Source of the DNA: an uncultured Bacteroidota bacterium
Lineage (GTDB): Bacteria > Bacteroidota > Bacteroidia > Flavobacteriales > Flavobacteriaceae
Assembly (NCBI GenBank): GCA_902520835.1
Contig: CABYPD010000001.1
Span: 226,535-290,534, forward strand
Length of the DNA stretch: 64,000 bases
Direction of reading: 5' to 3'
Each line of letters begins with the position of its first letter. Position 1 is the first letter of the stretch. Both the position numbers and the translations under genes were made by a program. Below the pieces are notes generated by a model. That model saw only the letters and a list, made by a program, of their open reading frames with translations. It was not told the origin of the DNA and made no database searches. This document shows, piece after piece, positions 48,453-58,100 of this stretch.

Positions 48453-50241
48453 TTGATAGAATTTTTTTAGAAATATTAAACAAAATAAATGAAAAAATAA
48501 TTGTTGATGCTAAACATATTATTCCATTTATTATTTCTCCATAAATAAAATATCCTGTTGAGAATAATGCTGAATAAATAGCGAAGCACCCAAGAATCAT
48601 ACACATAATACCTCTTGGAACAATCCATTCAGAATTATTTTCACTTTCATTTATTTTAGCTAACTCTTTTATTCTTTTCCAACCAGGACCTCCAGGCTTT
48701 GTTTTTTTATAAAAATTAACTAAAGTTTCATCATCATCAGGCTTAGTCATAAATGTAACTACAAGCCAAACAAAAGTAGTAATCAAAACAACCATTGGGA
48801 ATTTAAAATGAGGTTGAATAAAATCTTCAGAAAAAATCATACTTCCAATAGATGTAAATTCAAATAAAATTGATACCACACCCGAACATATCATTGCTGC
48901 AATTTCACTCCATGCATTAATACGCCACCAAAACCATCTCAAAATAAAAATTGAACCAGTACCAGCTCCAAACATTAAAATAATTTGAAATAATTGAAAA
49001 GCATTATTTAGCATAAGAGCTAATAAAGAACTTACTATCATCAAACAAATAACAGAAAACCTACCCACATTTACTAAAGCTCTTTCATCACCATCATCAT
49101 TAATTAATGCTTTATAAAAGTCATTTACTACGTAGGAAGATCCCCAATTTAAATGAGTTGAAATAGTTGACATATAGGCAGAAACGAGTGAAGCTAAAAC
49201 TAATCCGAGGAGTCCGGAAGGTAATAATGTTAACATAGCTGGATATGCTAAATCATGACCTATTTTATCTTCGTCAACATTAGGAAATGTTTCTCTTATT
49301 GCATCTAAATCAGGAAATATAATTAGTGATGCTAGAGCAACTAATATCCAAGGCCATGGTCGAAGTGCGTAGTGCATGATATTGAAAAATAAGGTTGCAC
49401 CTAAAGAGTGATTTTCATTTTTGGCAGCTAGCATTCTTTGAGCAATATATCCACCTCCACCCGGTTCAGCACCTGGGTACCATGAACTCCACCATTGAAC
49501 AGCAAGCGGAATGATTAATAATGTCCATAGTAATTCTTTATCTGATAAGTCAGGGAAAATAGAGACTTTGGATGAAACTAAATCGTTATTTAAAATCCCC
49601 GTTACACCACCAACTTCAGGTAAATTAATTAAATAATATGCTGCTCCTATGGCACCGGCCATTGCAGTAAAAAAGAGAATAAAATCAGTATACACCACTC
49701 CTCTAAAACCACCAACTGCACTAAAAATTAATGTGACTCCTCCAGCGTATAAAACGGTCTCAATTGCTGAAATATCAAGCATAATTGCACCAATTTTTAT
49801 TGCAGCTAAGGTTACTCCAGCCATAGCTAAAACATTAAATATAATTCCTAAATAGATCGATCTAAAACCTCTTAAAAACCTTCCTGGGGCACCACTGTAT
49901 CTTAAATCATAGAATTCCATGTCAGTGCTTACGCCTGATCTTCTCCACAATTTAGCATAAACAAAAACAGTTAATAAACCTGTCAGTAGAAAAATCCACC
50001 AGACCCAATTTCCTGAAACACCATTCTGTCTAACTATATCGGTAACTAAATTTGGAGTATCAGTAGAAAATGTTGTTGCAACCATTGATAAACCAAGCAA
50101 CCACCAAGGCATTGTTCTTCCAGACAAGAAATATTCACTAGAACTTTGAGATGATTTTTTTGAAACAGCAAAACCAATTGCTAAAACAAGAAAGAAAAAA
50201 AAGAATATAATTATCTTATCAAAATTAGTTAGTTGTATCAT
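48445..50241 (-). CDS. Sodium:solute symporter (SSS) family transporter
   Basis: About 13-14 TM helices, N-terminal YFLSGR, and GG.RGVVYTDF. Confidence 0.8.
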   Translation of the reverse strand: MIQLTNFDKIIIFFFFFLVLAIGFAVSKKSSQSSSEYFLSGRTMPWWLLGLSMVATTFSTDTPNLVTDIVRQNGVSGNWVWWIFLLTGLLTVFVYAKLWRRSGVSTDMEFYDLRYSGAPGRFLRGFRSIYLGIIFNVLAMAGVTLAAIKIGAIMLDISAIETVLYAGGVTLIFSAVGGFRGVVYTDFILFFTAMAGAIGAAYYLINLPEVGGVTGILNNDLVSSKVSIFPDLSDKELLWTLLIIPLAVQWWSSWYPGAEPGGGGYIAQRMLAAKNENHSLGATLFFNIMHYALRPWPWILVALASLIIFPDLDAIRETFPNVDEDKIGHDLAYPAMLTLLPSGLLGLVLASLVSAYMSTISTHLNWGSSYVVNDFYKALINDDGDERALVNVGRFSVICLMIVSSLLALMLNNAFQLFQIILMFGAGTGSIFILRWFWWRINAWSEIAAMICSGVVSILFEFTSIGSMIFSEDFIQPHFKFPMVVLITTFVWLVVTFMTKPDDDETLVNFYKKTKPGGPGWKRIKELAKINESENNSEWIVPRGIMCMILGCFAIYSALFSTGYFIYGEIINGIICLASTIIFSFILFNISKKILSNE

Positions 50242-50279
50242 TCAATTAAAAATAGAAAATCATTTTCGATTTTCCATGT

Positions 50280-51107
50280 TCAATCAAATAATTTATTAAT
50301 TGTATGAATATCTGATTTTGACGTAAGGTCAGGGACATGTTCAGCAATAGCAATGCCTTTCATATATGAGCTACTTTCATTAATCATATTCATTATTGCT
50401 GTTGGAAGTTCTTTTTCTTTTCGAATAGGGTTTAAAGGACATTTTTCTAAAAATTTAAATATTTCACCACTAAACTTAAAAATATTCATACTAACTCTAA
50501 TCTTCTTTGAACTGTCTAAATTATCTTGAACTTGTTCGGGTGTAGGCTTTTCAATAAATAAATTTAAATTTTTATCCGAGTCCATTTTCACAATTGAAAA
50601 TGATGAAACTCTTTCTTTGGGGAATTCTAAATAATCTCTATCATATGCTAAAAAAGCATTAGTATATTCATTGTTCCTAATTAAATTAAAAGCATTAACT
50701 GAGTATAGATTATCACTATTACAAACACAAAAAGATGATTGCTTTAATTCTGGTATTTGTTTCATAGTTTGATATAATGCATCAGAAGTTCCTAAAGGCT
50801 TAAGTCTATCATTTGGTATTTTTTGAATAGCAAATTGAATTTTAAAATCAAATTCATCATTGAATTTTTCAATAGTATTTCTAAAATTCTCGTAATCTTT
50901 ACTCACAAGTAAAATCACATTTTTAAAACCCGCTAATGAAATATTTTTTAGCAAATAAAATATGAATGGCTTATTATTTCCAAATGTAATTAGTGATTTA
51001 CTTAATTTATTTGCTTGCTCAACTTTTTCATTCTCTAATTCAGTATCTTGAGATTTCTTCATTCTTGAGGACATTCCTCCAGCAAGTATAACAATTGTGT
51101 CAGTCAT
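50280..51107 (-). CDS. Sugar-phosphate nucleotidyltransferase family protein
   Basis: IVILAGGMSSRMKK (GxGxR NTP-transferase loop) and a Rossmann-like alpha/beta pattern. Length 275 aa. Confidence 0.6.
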   Translation of the reverse strand: MTDTIVILAGGMSSRMKKSQDTELENEKVEQANKLSKSLITFGNNKPFIFYLLKNISLAGFKNVILLVSKDYENFRNTIEKFNDEFDFKIQFAIQKIPNDRLKPLGTSDALYQTMKQIPELKQSSFCVCNSDNLYSVNAFNLIRNNEYTNAFLAYDRDYLEFPKERVSSFSIVKMDSDKNLNLFIEKPTPEQVQDNLDSSKKIRVSMNIFKFSGEIFKFLEKCPLNPIRKEKELPTAIMNMINESSSYMKGIAIAEHVPDLTSKSDIHTINKLFD

Positions 51108-51142
51108 GAAGATTAATTTTTTCTAAAGATATTACTCTAATA

Positions 51143-52663
51143 TTAATTATCTACTGCTTTAATCTTAAAAGTTTCAAGAGCTGGGGTTGTTCTGGCTTTT
51201 AACAAGATTGATTCAATTTTTTTTACAATCATTGGATTATCGTCTGAAACATTTTTTATTTCTTTAATATCATCTTCAAGATTAAATAATTGTAAAGGCT
51301 GAGGCCCCTTTTGAAGATCTGTTTTAATACCTTTCCATTTACCGTATCGAACTGCTTGTTGTCCACTTTGTGTGGAAAATTCCCAATATAAATACTCGTG
51401 TTTTTTTTGATTTTTATTTGTTAGTAGTGGTAAATAACTCAAACCATCAATGTAATCTGGTTTATCTAATTTTAAAATATCTAAAGCAGTTGCATAAAAA
51501 TCTTGAAATGCAGAAATGTGATTAGTAGTTCTTTCACTTTTAATTTGACTTGGCCAATGTGCAATCATAGGTACTCTAATTCCTCCTTCGAAGACTCTCC
51601 CTTTAACTCTGCTTCTATCTCCGTTTAAAATACCAGCACTATTAAAATAATCAATGTCTACGTGATCTACATGAGTGGGCCCATTGTCACTTGTAAAGAT
51701 TATCAAAGTATTTTCATATTTCCCAATTTCCTTTAGTTTCTCAACTATTTCTCCTACTTGCTCATCCAGATACGAAATCATTGCAGCATATGTAGCTTTA
51801 GGATATTGATTAGGATAATATCGCCTACCTACATAAGGTTTTTCAGTTCCTAATTTATTTCTATAGTAATCAACCCACTTTTTGGGTGCTTGTAAAGGTA
51901 AGTGAGGTATTGGAGAAGCATAATAAAGAAAGAAATTCGAGTCTTTATTTTCTTCAATAAAATTGAGTGCTTCATTATGCATTAATGTTGCTGAATAATC
52001 TGTCTGATTATATTTATTATAACTTTCTTCTGAATTAATATCTGCACCTAGATCAAGACCTTCTTGCTTTGTTACTATATAATTGTTTAAAATATCTTTT
52101 TCAGTGTTTTTCCATAAGTGAGTAGGATAAAAGGTATGAGCTTGTCTTTGACAATTATATCCATAAAAAAAATCAAAACCCATCAAATTAGGTATACTAT
52201 TGGTATGTGGAGCTCCTAACCCCCACTTACCTACCATTCCGGTTTTATAACCATTGTCTTTAAAAACTTTTGCTACAGTAACAGTTGAGTCAGGAAGTGG
52301 TCTTTGACCCTCTAGAGATGAATCATTAAACATAGCTTCAAAACTCCAAACATCTCCTCTTTCAGACCACTCTCCATTATTTCTAATATATGTGTGACCA
52401 GAATGTTGACCTGTCATAAGAACACTCCTTGCTGGAGCACAAACTGGAGAACCGGTGTAATGATCAGTAAATAATAAACCTTTTTTTGCCAGAGCATCTA
52501 TGTTGGGGGTTTCAATAATTTTTTGTCCATAAATACCCAATTCACCATAACCTAAATCATCAGCTAAAATATATATCACATTAGGTTTATCATTTACATG
52601 ATTGTTACAACCTGTAATTAATCCGACTAATATTATCAAAAAAGTTTTAACGATCTTACTCAT
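51143..52663 (-). CDS. Cys-type sulfatase (hexosamine-sulfatase-like), lipoprotein
   Basis: Lipobox LITGCN. NVIYILADDLGYG, formylglycine motif SPVCAPARSVLMTG, GKWGLG and FTSDNGP. Confidence 0.88.
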   Translation of the reverse strand: MSKIVKTFLIILVGLITGCNNHVNDKPNVIYILADDLGYGELGIYGQKIIETPNIDALAKKGLLFTDHYTGSPVCAPARSVLMTGQHSGHTYIRNNGEWSERGDVWSFEAMFNDSSLEGQRPLPDSTVTVAKVFKDNGYKTGMVGKWGLGAPHTNSIPNLMGFDFFYGYNCQRQAHTFYPTHLWKNTEKDILNNYIVTKQEGLDLGADINSEESYNKYNQTDYSATLMHNEALNFIEENKDSNFFLYYASPIPHLPLQAPKKWVDYYRNKLGTEKPYVGRRYYPNQYPKATYAAMISYLDEQVGEIVEKLKEIGKYENTLIIFTSDNGPTHVDHVDIDYFNSAGILNGDRSRVKGRVFEGGIRVPMIAHWPSQIKSERTTNHISAFQDFYATALDILKLDKPDYIDGLSYLPLLTNKNQKKHEYLYWEFSTQSGQQAVRYGKWKGIKTDLQKGPQPLQLFNLEDDIKEIKNVSDDNPMIVKKIESILLKARTTPALETFKIKAVDN

Positions 52664-52698
52664 TTCTTAAAAGTTTTATTAATAACAATATATATATT

Positions 52699-52706
52699 TA
52701 CTTTTG
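52699..52706 (+). promoter_or_regulatory. Candidate -7 box (TACTTTTG) immediately upstream of the HMG-CoA reductase ATG
   Basis: Matches TAnnTTTG and ends 4 nt before the ATG at 52711. That would imply a leaderless or near-leaderless transcript. Confidence 0.3.
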
Positions 52707-52710
52707 ATTT

Positions 52711-54024
52711 ATGAAAGAAGGTTTCTCAAAATTAACCAAGGAAGAAAAAATAGACTGGGTTATAAAAACTTTTTTTAAATCAGATACTAAAAGTTTTGAT
52801 ATTTTAAAAAAATATTGGAATGATGACAATTCAATTCAAACCATTCATGATGAATTTGCAGAAAATACAATAACCAACTTTTATCTTCCATTGGGCGTAG
52901 CTCCAAATTTTATTATCGATAAAATTAATTATACAATTCCAATGGCAATTGAAGAAAGTTCCGTTGTTGCTGCAGCATGTAAATCAGCAAAATTTTGGTC
53001 TAAAAGAGGTGGCTTTAAGTCAACTATTATTAGTACGACCAAAACTGGTCAGATTCACTTTAAATTTAATGGAAGTTCAAAAAAAATTAATGACTTATTT
53101 AATTCAATTAAAAATAAACTTAAAGATTCATGTAAAGAAATAACAAAAAACATGAACGAAAGAGGTGGTGGAATTATAAATATAAAACTACTAGATAAGA
53201 CAAAGTCAATTAAAAACTACTTTCAGATTGCCGTTGAGTTTGATACTGTAGATTCCATGGGAGCAAATTTCATTAACTCATGTTTAGAACAAATTGCGTT
53301 ATCCTTTGAAACAGAGTTCAATGAATCTAATTTTTTTAATGAAAGTGAAAAACTCAAAATAATTATGAGTATTCTATCAAATTACACTCCCGAATGTGTA
53401 GTGAAAGTTGAGCTAAAAACTAAAATATCTAATTTGAAAAGTAAAGATATTTCTGATCCTGAAAATTTTGCCAAAAAATTTGTTGAAGCAGTTGAAATTG
53501 CTGAAAATGATATTTCAAGAGCTGTAACCCACAACAAGGGGATTATGAACGGAATTGATGCAGTTGTTATTGCAACTGGAAACGATTTCAGAGCAGTTGA
53601 AGCGGCTATACATGCCTATGCTTCTAAAGATGGATCTTATATGAGCTTAACTCATGCAAAAATTGAAAATGATGAATTTATCTATTGGATTGAAATTCCT
53701 ATTTCAATTGGAACAGTTGGTGGAATAATCAATCTTCATCCAATGGTAAATTGGTGTCTAAACTTATTACAAAAACCAAATAGTAAACAACTAATGAGTA
53801 TCATTGGTGCAGCTGGTTTAGCTCAAAATTTTGCAGCTATTAAATCACTTATTACATCTGGAATTCAAGTTGGACACATGAAAATGCATTTAATAAATAT
53901 TTTAAATTCATTAGGTTCTAATGAGAATGAAAAAACAAAAATGATTGAATATTTCAAATCGAATAAAGTCACTTTTAGTTCAGTCAAAACAGCTCTTGAA
54001 AAGTTAAGAAGAAATGAGTTATAG
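52711..54024 (+). CDS. mvaA: Class II hydroxymethylglutaryl-CoA reductase
   Basis: MAIEESSVVAAA, DSMGANFINS, HNKGIMNGIDAVV.ATGND.RA and GHMKMH motifs. Length 437 aa. Confidence 0.88.
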   Translation: MKEGFSKLTKEEKIDWVIKTFFKSDTKSFDILKKYWNDDNSIQTIHDEFAENTITNFYLPLGVAPNFIIDKINYTIPMAIEESSVVAAACKSAKFWSKRGGFKSTIISTTKTGQIHFKFNGSSKKINDLFNSIKNKLKDSCKEITKNMNERGGGIINIKLLDKTKSIKNYFQIAVEFDTVDSMGANFINSCLEQIALSFETEFNESNFFNESEKLKIIMSILSNYTPECVVKVELKTKISNLKSKDISDPENFAKKFVEAVEIAENDISRAVTHNKGIMNGIDAVVIATGNDFRAVEAAIHAYASKDGSYMSLTHAKIENDEFIYWIEIPISIGTVGGIINLHPMVNWCLNLLQKPNSKQLMSIIGAAGLAQNFAAIKSLITSGIQVGHMKMHLINILNSLGSNENEKTKMIEYFKSNKVTFSSVKTALEKLRRNEL

Positions 54025-54922
54025 GATAGAAAGCTTTGGTAAACTTCTAATTTCTGGTGAATACTTAATTCTTAGAGGAGCAAAAGCATTATCAATTCCA
54101 GTAAATTTTTCTCAAACACTAAATGTTGATGAAAACACAAGTGGATATTTTGATTGGAAAAGTTACGATAGAAATAAAAAAATATGGTTTAGTTGTAAAT
54201 TCAAAATTTCTGATTTTTACAATAAACAAAATTATAATAACAACCTATTATTATATGATATAATCAAAAATTTAAATGAATTAAATCCTGGTATAATTTC
54301 AAATAAAAAAGGAATATCATTTAAAACTTATATGAATTTTAACCATGATTGGGGCTTAGGCTCATCATCAACATTAATAAATAATTTATCAAAATGGGCA
54401 GATGTTGAACCATTTAGTGTGTATTGGAGAGTTACCAATGGAAGTGGATATGATTTGGCATCATGTAAATTTGATAAACCAATTGTATTTCAGTTAATTA
54501 AATCTGAAAAACCAAAAATTGAATCTGTAAATTTTTTGCCTGAATTTCATAAAAATTTATACTTCATCTACCTAGATAAAAAACAAAGCTCAAAATCTGA
54601 AATTGAATACTTTGATAAAATTAATATTTCAGCAGAATATATTTCTGAGGTGAGTAGAATTACTGAGAGAATGATTAAATGCAGTAACTTTCTAGATTTT
54701 CAAAATCTAGTAAGCCAACATGAAAAAATATTAGCCGAAGTATTAAATAAAAAAAGTATTAAGGAAAAGTTATTCAATGATTATGATGGTGCAATTAAAA
54801 GTTTAGGTGCGTGGGGTGGAGATTTTATTTTAGCTGTTGGCAATGATGATACCATAAACTATTTTGAAGAGAAAGGATACCAAACAATTTTTTCTTTTAA
54901 AGAAATGTTAAAAAATATTTAA
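54014..54922 (+). CDS. GYDIA-family GHMP kinase (candidate phosphomevalonate kinase equivalent)
   Basis: GKLLISGEYLIL, GHMP motif WGLGSSSTLINNL, NGSGYDLAS (GYDIA-type motif) and GAWGGDF. Overlaps the HMGR stop by 11 nt. Confidence 0.7.
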   Translation: MSYRIESFGKLLISGEYLILRGAKALSIPVNFSQTLNVDENTSGYFDWKSYDRNKKIWFSCKFKISDFYNKQNYNNNLLLYDIIKNLNELNPGIISNKKGISFKTYMNFNHDWGLGSSSTLINNLSKWADVEPFSVYWRVTNGSGYDLASCKFDKPIVFQLIKSEKPKIESVNFLPEFHKNLYFIYLDKKQSSKSEIEYFDKINISAEYISEVSRITERMIKCSNFLDFQNLVSQHEKILAEVLNKKSIKEKLFNDYDGAIKSLGAWGGDFILAVGNDDTINYFEEKGYQTIFSFKEMLKNI

Positions 54923-55001
54923 AGTTTAAAGTTTGGCACGGTTAATGAAATAGTACTAACATAAAAATATATACAATATTTTTTGGTTAGTTGTTGTTTT
55001 A

Positions 55002-55035
55002 AATGCCTGTATCATCCACAAAAGATACAGGCATT
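55002..55035. terminator. Bidirectional 12-bp-stem hairpin terminator between convergent genes
   Basis: AATGCCTGTATC-ATCCACAAAA-GATACAGGCATT, followed by a T-rich tract (TTATTTTT) on the plus strand only; no matching T-rich tract on the minus strand. Confidence 0.75.
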
Positions 55036-55041
55036 TTATTT

Positions 55042-56085
55042 TTAATCAGCTGATACAACTGTCCTAAATCCAGTATGTAAGGAACTACTGTCTGGGGTTG
55101 TTTTCATTCTTGCAGCATTTCTATAACCACTACAATAAGAATCATTACATAAAAAACTACCTCCTCTAATAACTTTTTTTTCACTAAATGGTTCAACAGG
55201 ATCATAACTTGAGTCGGGGCCTGTTGGATCTACTGATCCTTGCTTGGGTAACATGGAATAATAATTAGCATGATACCAATCTGAACACCATTCCCATACA
55301 TTTCCAGCTAAGTCATATAAACCATAATTATTAGGCTTAAAAGATTTAACAGGTGCAGCATAATAAAATTTGTCAGTTAAGTTATTTTGATTAGGAAATT
55401 CTCCTTCCCAAGTATTTGCTTTTAAAATCCCTTCATTAACTTTTTCATTTCCCCAACTATAAACATTATTAATAATGCCAGCTCTTGATGCATATTCAAA
55501 CTCTGCTTCAGTTGGTAATCTTTTACCAGCCCATTTACAATATTCATTAGCATCTTCCCAACTTACATGAACAACAGGGTAATTGTCTTTTCCAACTATA
55601 TCGCTTTGAGGTCCAAACGGTTGTTTCCAGTTTGCATTCCTAATAAGTGACCACCATTTAGAATAATCATTCAAATTAGATGTAGAAGTTTCTTTGAACA
55701 CTAGTGATGCTGGGCTTAATAAACTATCATTAGGCTTAGGTGTTCCAGGTGGTAACATTTTTTTTATTTCATCCCAATCGATTTTTCTTTCTGCAGTAGT
55801 AATATATCCTGTTTCGTCAACAAATTTTTTAAACTGAGCATTAGTAACTTCAGTGATATCCATCCAAAATGAACTAACTGTAACATGGTGTTTTGGAAAT
55901 TCATCAGACCTTGCTTCCTCATTATCTCCACCCATGTCAAAATTTCCACCAGGAATAAAAACCATTCCTTTTTTTGACACTAATTTATCTTTTTTTGGAT
56001 CTGAATTTTTACATGAAATATTGATAATCAATACAATACAAATTATTGATCTCAATATTATTTTATTGCCGTTATAATTTATCAT
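55042..56085 (-). CDS. Formylglycine-generating enzyme (FGE/SUMF1), lipoprotein
   Basis: Lipobox LIINISCK, GNVWEWCSDWY, and active-site block RGGSFLCNDSYCSGYRNAARM...GFRTV with both catalytic Cys. Confidence 0.85.
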   Translation of the reverse strand: MINYNGNKIILRSIICIVLIINISCKNSDPKKDKLVSKKGMVFIPGGNFDMGGDNEEARSDEFPKHHVTVSSFWMDITEVTNAQFKKFVDETGYITTAERKIDWDEIKKMLPPGTPKPNDSLLSPASLVFKETSTSNLNDYSKWWSLIRNANWKQPFGPQSDIVGKDNYPVVHVSWEDANEYCKWAGKRLPTEAEFEYASRAGIINNVYSWGNEKVNEGILKANTWEGEFPNQNNLTDKFYYAAPVKSFKPNNYGLYDLAGNVWEWCSDWYHANYYSMLPKQGSVDPTGPDSSYDPVEPFSEKKVIRGGSFLCNDSYCSGYRNAARMKTTPDSSSLHTGFRTVVSAD

Positions 56086-56172
56086 TTTAGAAAATTAATC
56101 AATTAATTAAACATTCTATGATTTTTATAAAATTATGATTAATTTAAAAAAATCATCAACAACTAACCTTTT

Positions 56173-56427
56173 ATGAAATTTATAAAATCTAAGGATTATT
56201 GGAGGAAGAATTTAAAGTATTTAATTATTCTTTTATCTATATGGTTTACAGTATCTTTTGGCTTTGGTATAATTCTAGTCGACCAATTAAACACAATTCA
56301 ATTTTTTGGTTTTAAATTAGGATTTTGGTTTGCTCAACAAGGCTCAATATATGTATTTGTAATTTTAATTTTTGTGTATATATATTTAATGAATCGATTA
56401 GACAAAAAATTTAGATCAAGCAAATGA
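56173..56427 (+). CDS. DUF4212 small membrane subunit of a sodium/solute symporter
   Basis: 84 aa with two TM helices and YW..N motif. ATGA overlap with the downstream SSS gene. Confidence 0.7.
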   Translation: MKFIKSKDYWRKNLKYLIILLSIWFTVSFGFGIILVDQLNTIQFFGFKLGFWFAQQGSIYVFVILIFVYIYLMNRLDKKFRSSK

Positions 56428-58100
56428 GTCTTCAATTTTCAATTTGGTTAATAGTAGGATTAACTTTTGCTTTGTATATAGGTATTGCAATTTGGTCGAG
56501 AGCAAGTTCAACAAACGAGTTTTATGTAGCTGGTAAAGGTGTTCATCCGATAGCTAATGGGATGGCAACTGCTGCAGACTGGATGAGTGCAGCATCTTTT
56601 ATTTCAATGGCAGGGATTATATCATTTCTTGGTTATGATGGTTCTGTTTACTTAATGGGATGGACAGGAGGATATGTTTTACTGGCTTTACTACTAGCAC
56701 CTTACTTAAGAAAATTTGGAAAGTTTACCGTCCCTGCTTTTATTGGTGATAGATACTACTCAAATACTGCAAGAACAGTAGCTGTATTTTGTGCCCTAAT
56801 TGTATCATTTACATATATAGCTGGTCAGATGAGAGGGGTTGGCGTTGTTTTTTCTAGATATCTTGAAGTTGATATTAATTCGGGAGTGTTTATAGGAATG
56901 GGTATAGTTTTATTTTATGCGATTTTAGGAGGAATGAAAGGTATAACTTACACGCAAGTCGCTCAATACTGTGTATTAATTTTTGCTTTCATGGTTCCTG
57001 CTATTTTTATTTCAATAGAAATGACTAATAACCCCATCCCTCAATTAGGCTTTGGATCAGTAGGATCTGATGGTGTATACTTGCTTGACAAACTTAATGG
57101 GCTTCATCAAGAATTAGGATTTAGTCAATATACATCTGGGTCAAAATCAAGACTTGATATATTTTTTATTACTGCAGCTCTAATGATTGGAACTGCAGGT
57201 TTACCACATGTGATCGTAAGATTTTTTACTGTAAAAAAAGTAAGTGATGCAAGAAAATCAGCTGGTTGGGCTTTACTATTTATAGCAATATTATATACTA
57301 CAGCACCTGCTATTGCAGTTTTTGCTAGAACAAATTTGATAGAAACAGTTTCAGAAAAAAATTATAATAATATGCCCTCTTGGTTTAAAAAATGGGAGGA
57401 CACTGGATTATTAGAATTTAACGATAAAAACAATGATCAAATTATACAATACAACGGTAATGAAAATATTAATGAATTGACTATTGATAGAGATATTATG
57501 GTTTTAGCTAATCCTGAAATTGCACAACTACCTAATTGGGTTATTGCTTTGTTAGCTGCAGGTGCTTTAGCTGCAGCATTATCGACAGCAGCGGGACTTC
57601 TCTTGGTAATTTCATCTTCAGTTTCACATGACTTAATTAAGAGAATAGTAAAACCAGATATTTCTGAAAAGGGGGAACTAATTGCCGCAAGATTTTCAGC
57701 TTTTTTTGCTGTACTGCTTGCGGGATACTTTGGTATTAATCCACCTGACTTTGTTGCTGCAACTGTAGCTCTAGCCTTTGGTCTTGCAGCCGCGTCATTT
57801 TTCCCAGCAATCGTATTAGGAATTTTTTATAAACGTATGAATAAAGAAGGTGCTATCTCTGGAATGGTAATAGGAATATTACTCATGTTGTTTTACATGA
57901 CAAAATTTAAATTTGGATGGTTTGGTGGAGGAGATTCTTCAGATTGGTGGTTTGGGATATCGCCAGAGGGATTTGGAACTGTAGCAATGATTGTAAATTT
58001 TATAGTTTCCATTGCAATTTCAAATTTAACAAAAGAACCTCCTAAAGAAATAATTGATTTAGTTGAAAATATTAGACTTCCAAATGATACTGACGATTAA
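56424..58100 (+). CDS. Sodium:solute symporter, VC_2705/ActP-related subfamily
   Basis: EFYVAGKGV, ANGMATAADWMSAASFISMAG, LPHVIVRFFT and LSTAAGLLL are cation/acetate-symporter-like motifs. Confidence 0.8.
   Translation: MSLQFSIWLIVGLTFALYIGIAIWSRASSTNEFYVAGKGVHPIANGMATAADWMSAASFISMAGIISFLGYDGSVYLMGWTGGYVLLALLLAPYLRKFGKFTVPAFIGDRYYSNTARTVAVFCALIVSFTYIAGQMRGVGVVFSRYLEVDINSGVFIGMGIVLFYAILGGMKGITYTQVAQYCVLIFAFMVPAIFISIEMTNNPIPQLGFGSVGSDGVYLLDKLNGLHQELGFSQYTSGSKSRLDIFFITAALMIGTAGLPHVIVRFFTVKKVSDARKSAGWALLFIAILYTTAPAIAVFARTNLIETVSEKNYNNMPSWFKKWEDTGLLEFNDKNNDQIIQYNGNENINELTIDRDIMVLANPEIAQLPNWVIALLAAGALAAALSTAAGLLLVISSSVSHDLIKRIVKPDISEKGELIAARFSAFFAVLLAGYFGINPPDFVAATVALAFGLAAASFFPAIVLGIFYKRMNKEGAISGMVIGILLMLFYMTKFKFGWFGGGDSSDWWFGISPEGFGTVAMIVNFIVSIAISNLTKEPPKEIIDLVENIRLPNDTDD

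Noticed and set aside
8281-56077. Other shadow ORFs in the track (8281..8466, 9997..10218, 13117..13302, 13519..13713, 13891..14178, 20590..20874, 23698..23895, 26936..27118, 28396..28596, 31087..31458, 32423..32794, 33582..33797, 35035..35235, 37888..38133, 42457..42837, 44687..44869, 49649..49855, 52949..53143, 55764..55949, 55853..56077)
   Set aside because: Each is embedded in, or antisense to, a gene with strong family motifs. In AT-rich DNA with few stop codons in some frames, such ORFs are expected by chance.
56118-56156. 9-nt inverted repeat ATGATTTTT...AAAAATCAT in the divergent FGE/symporter intergenic region, as a possible operator
   Set aside because: It is almost pure A/T in a ~25% GC spacer, so it is easily a chance match. 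No nearby regulator gene supports it.
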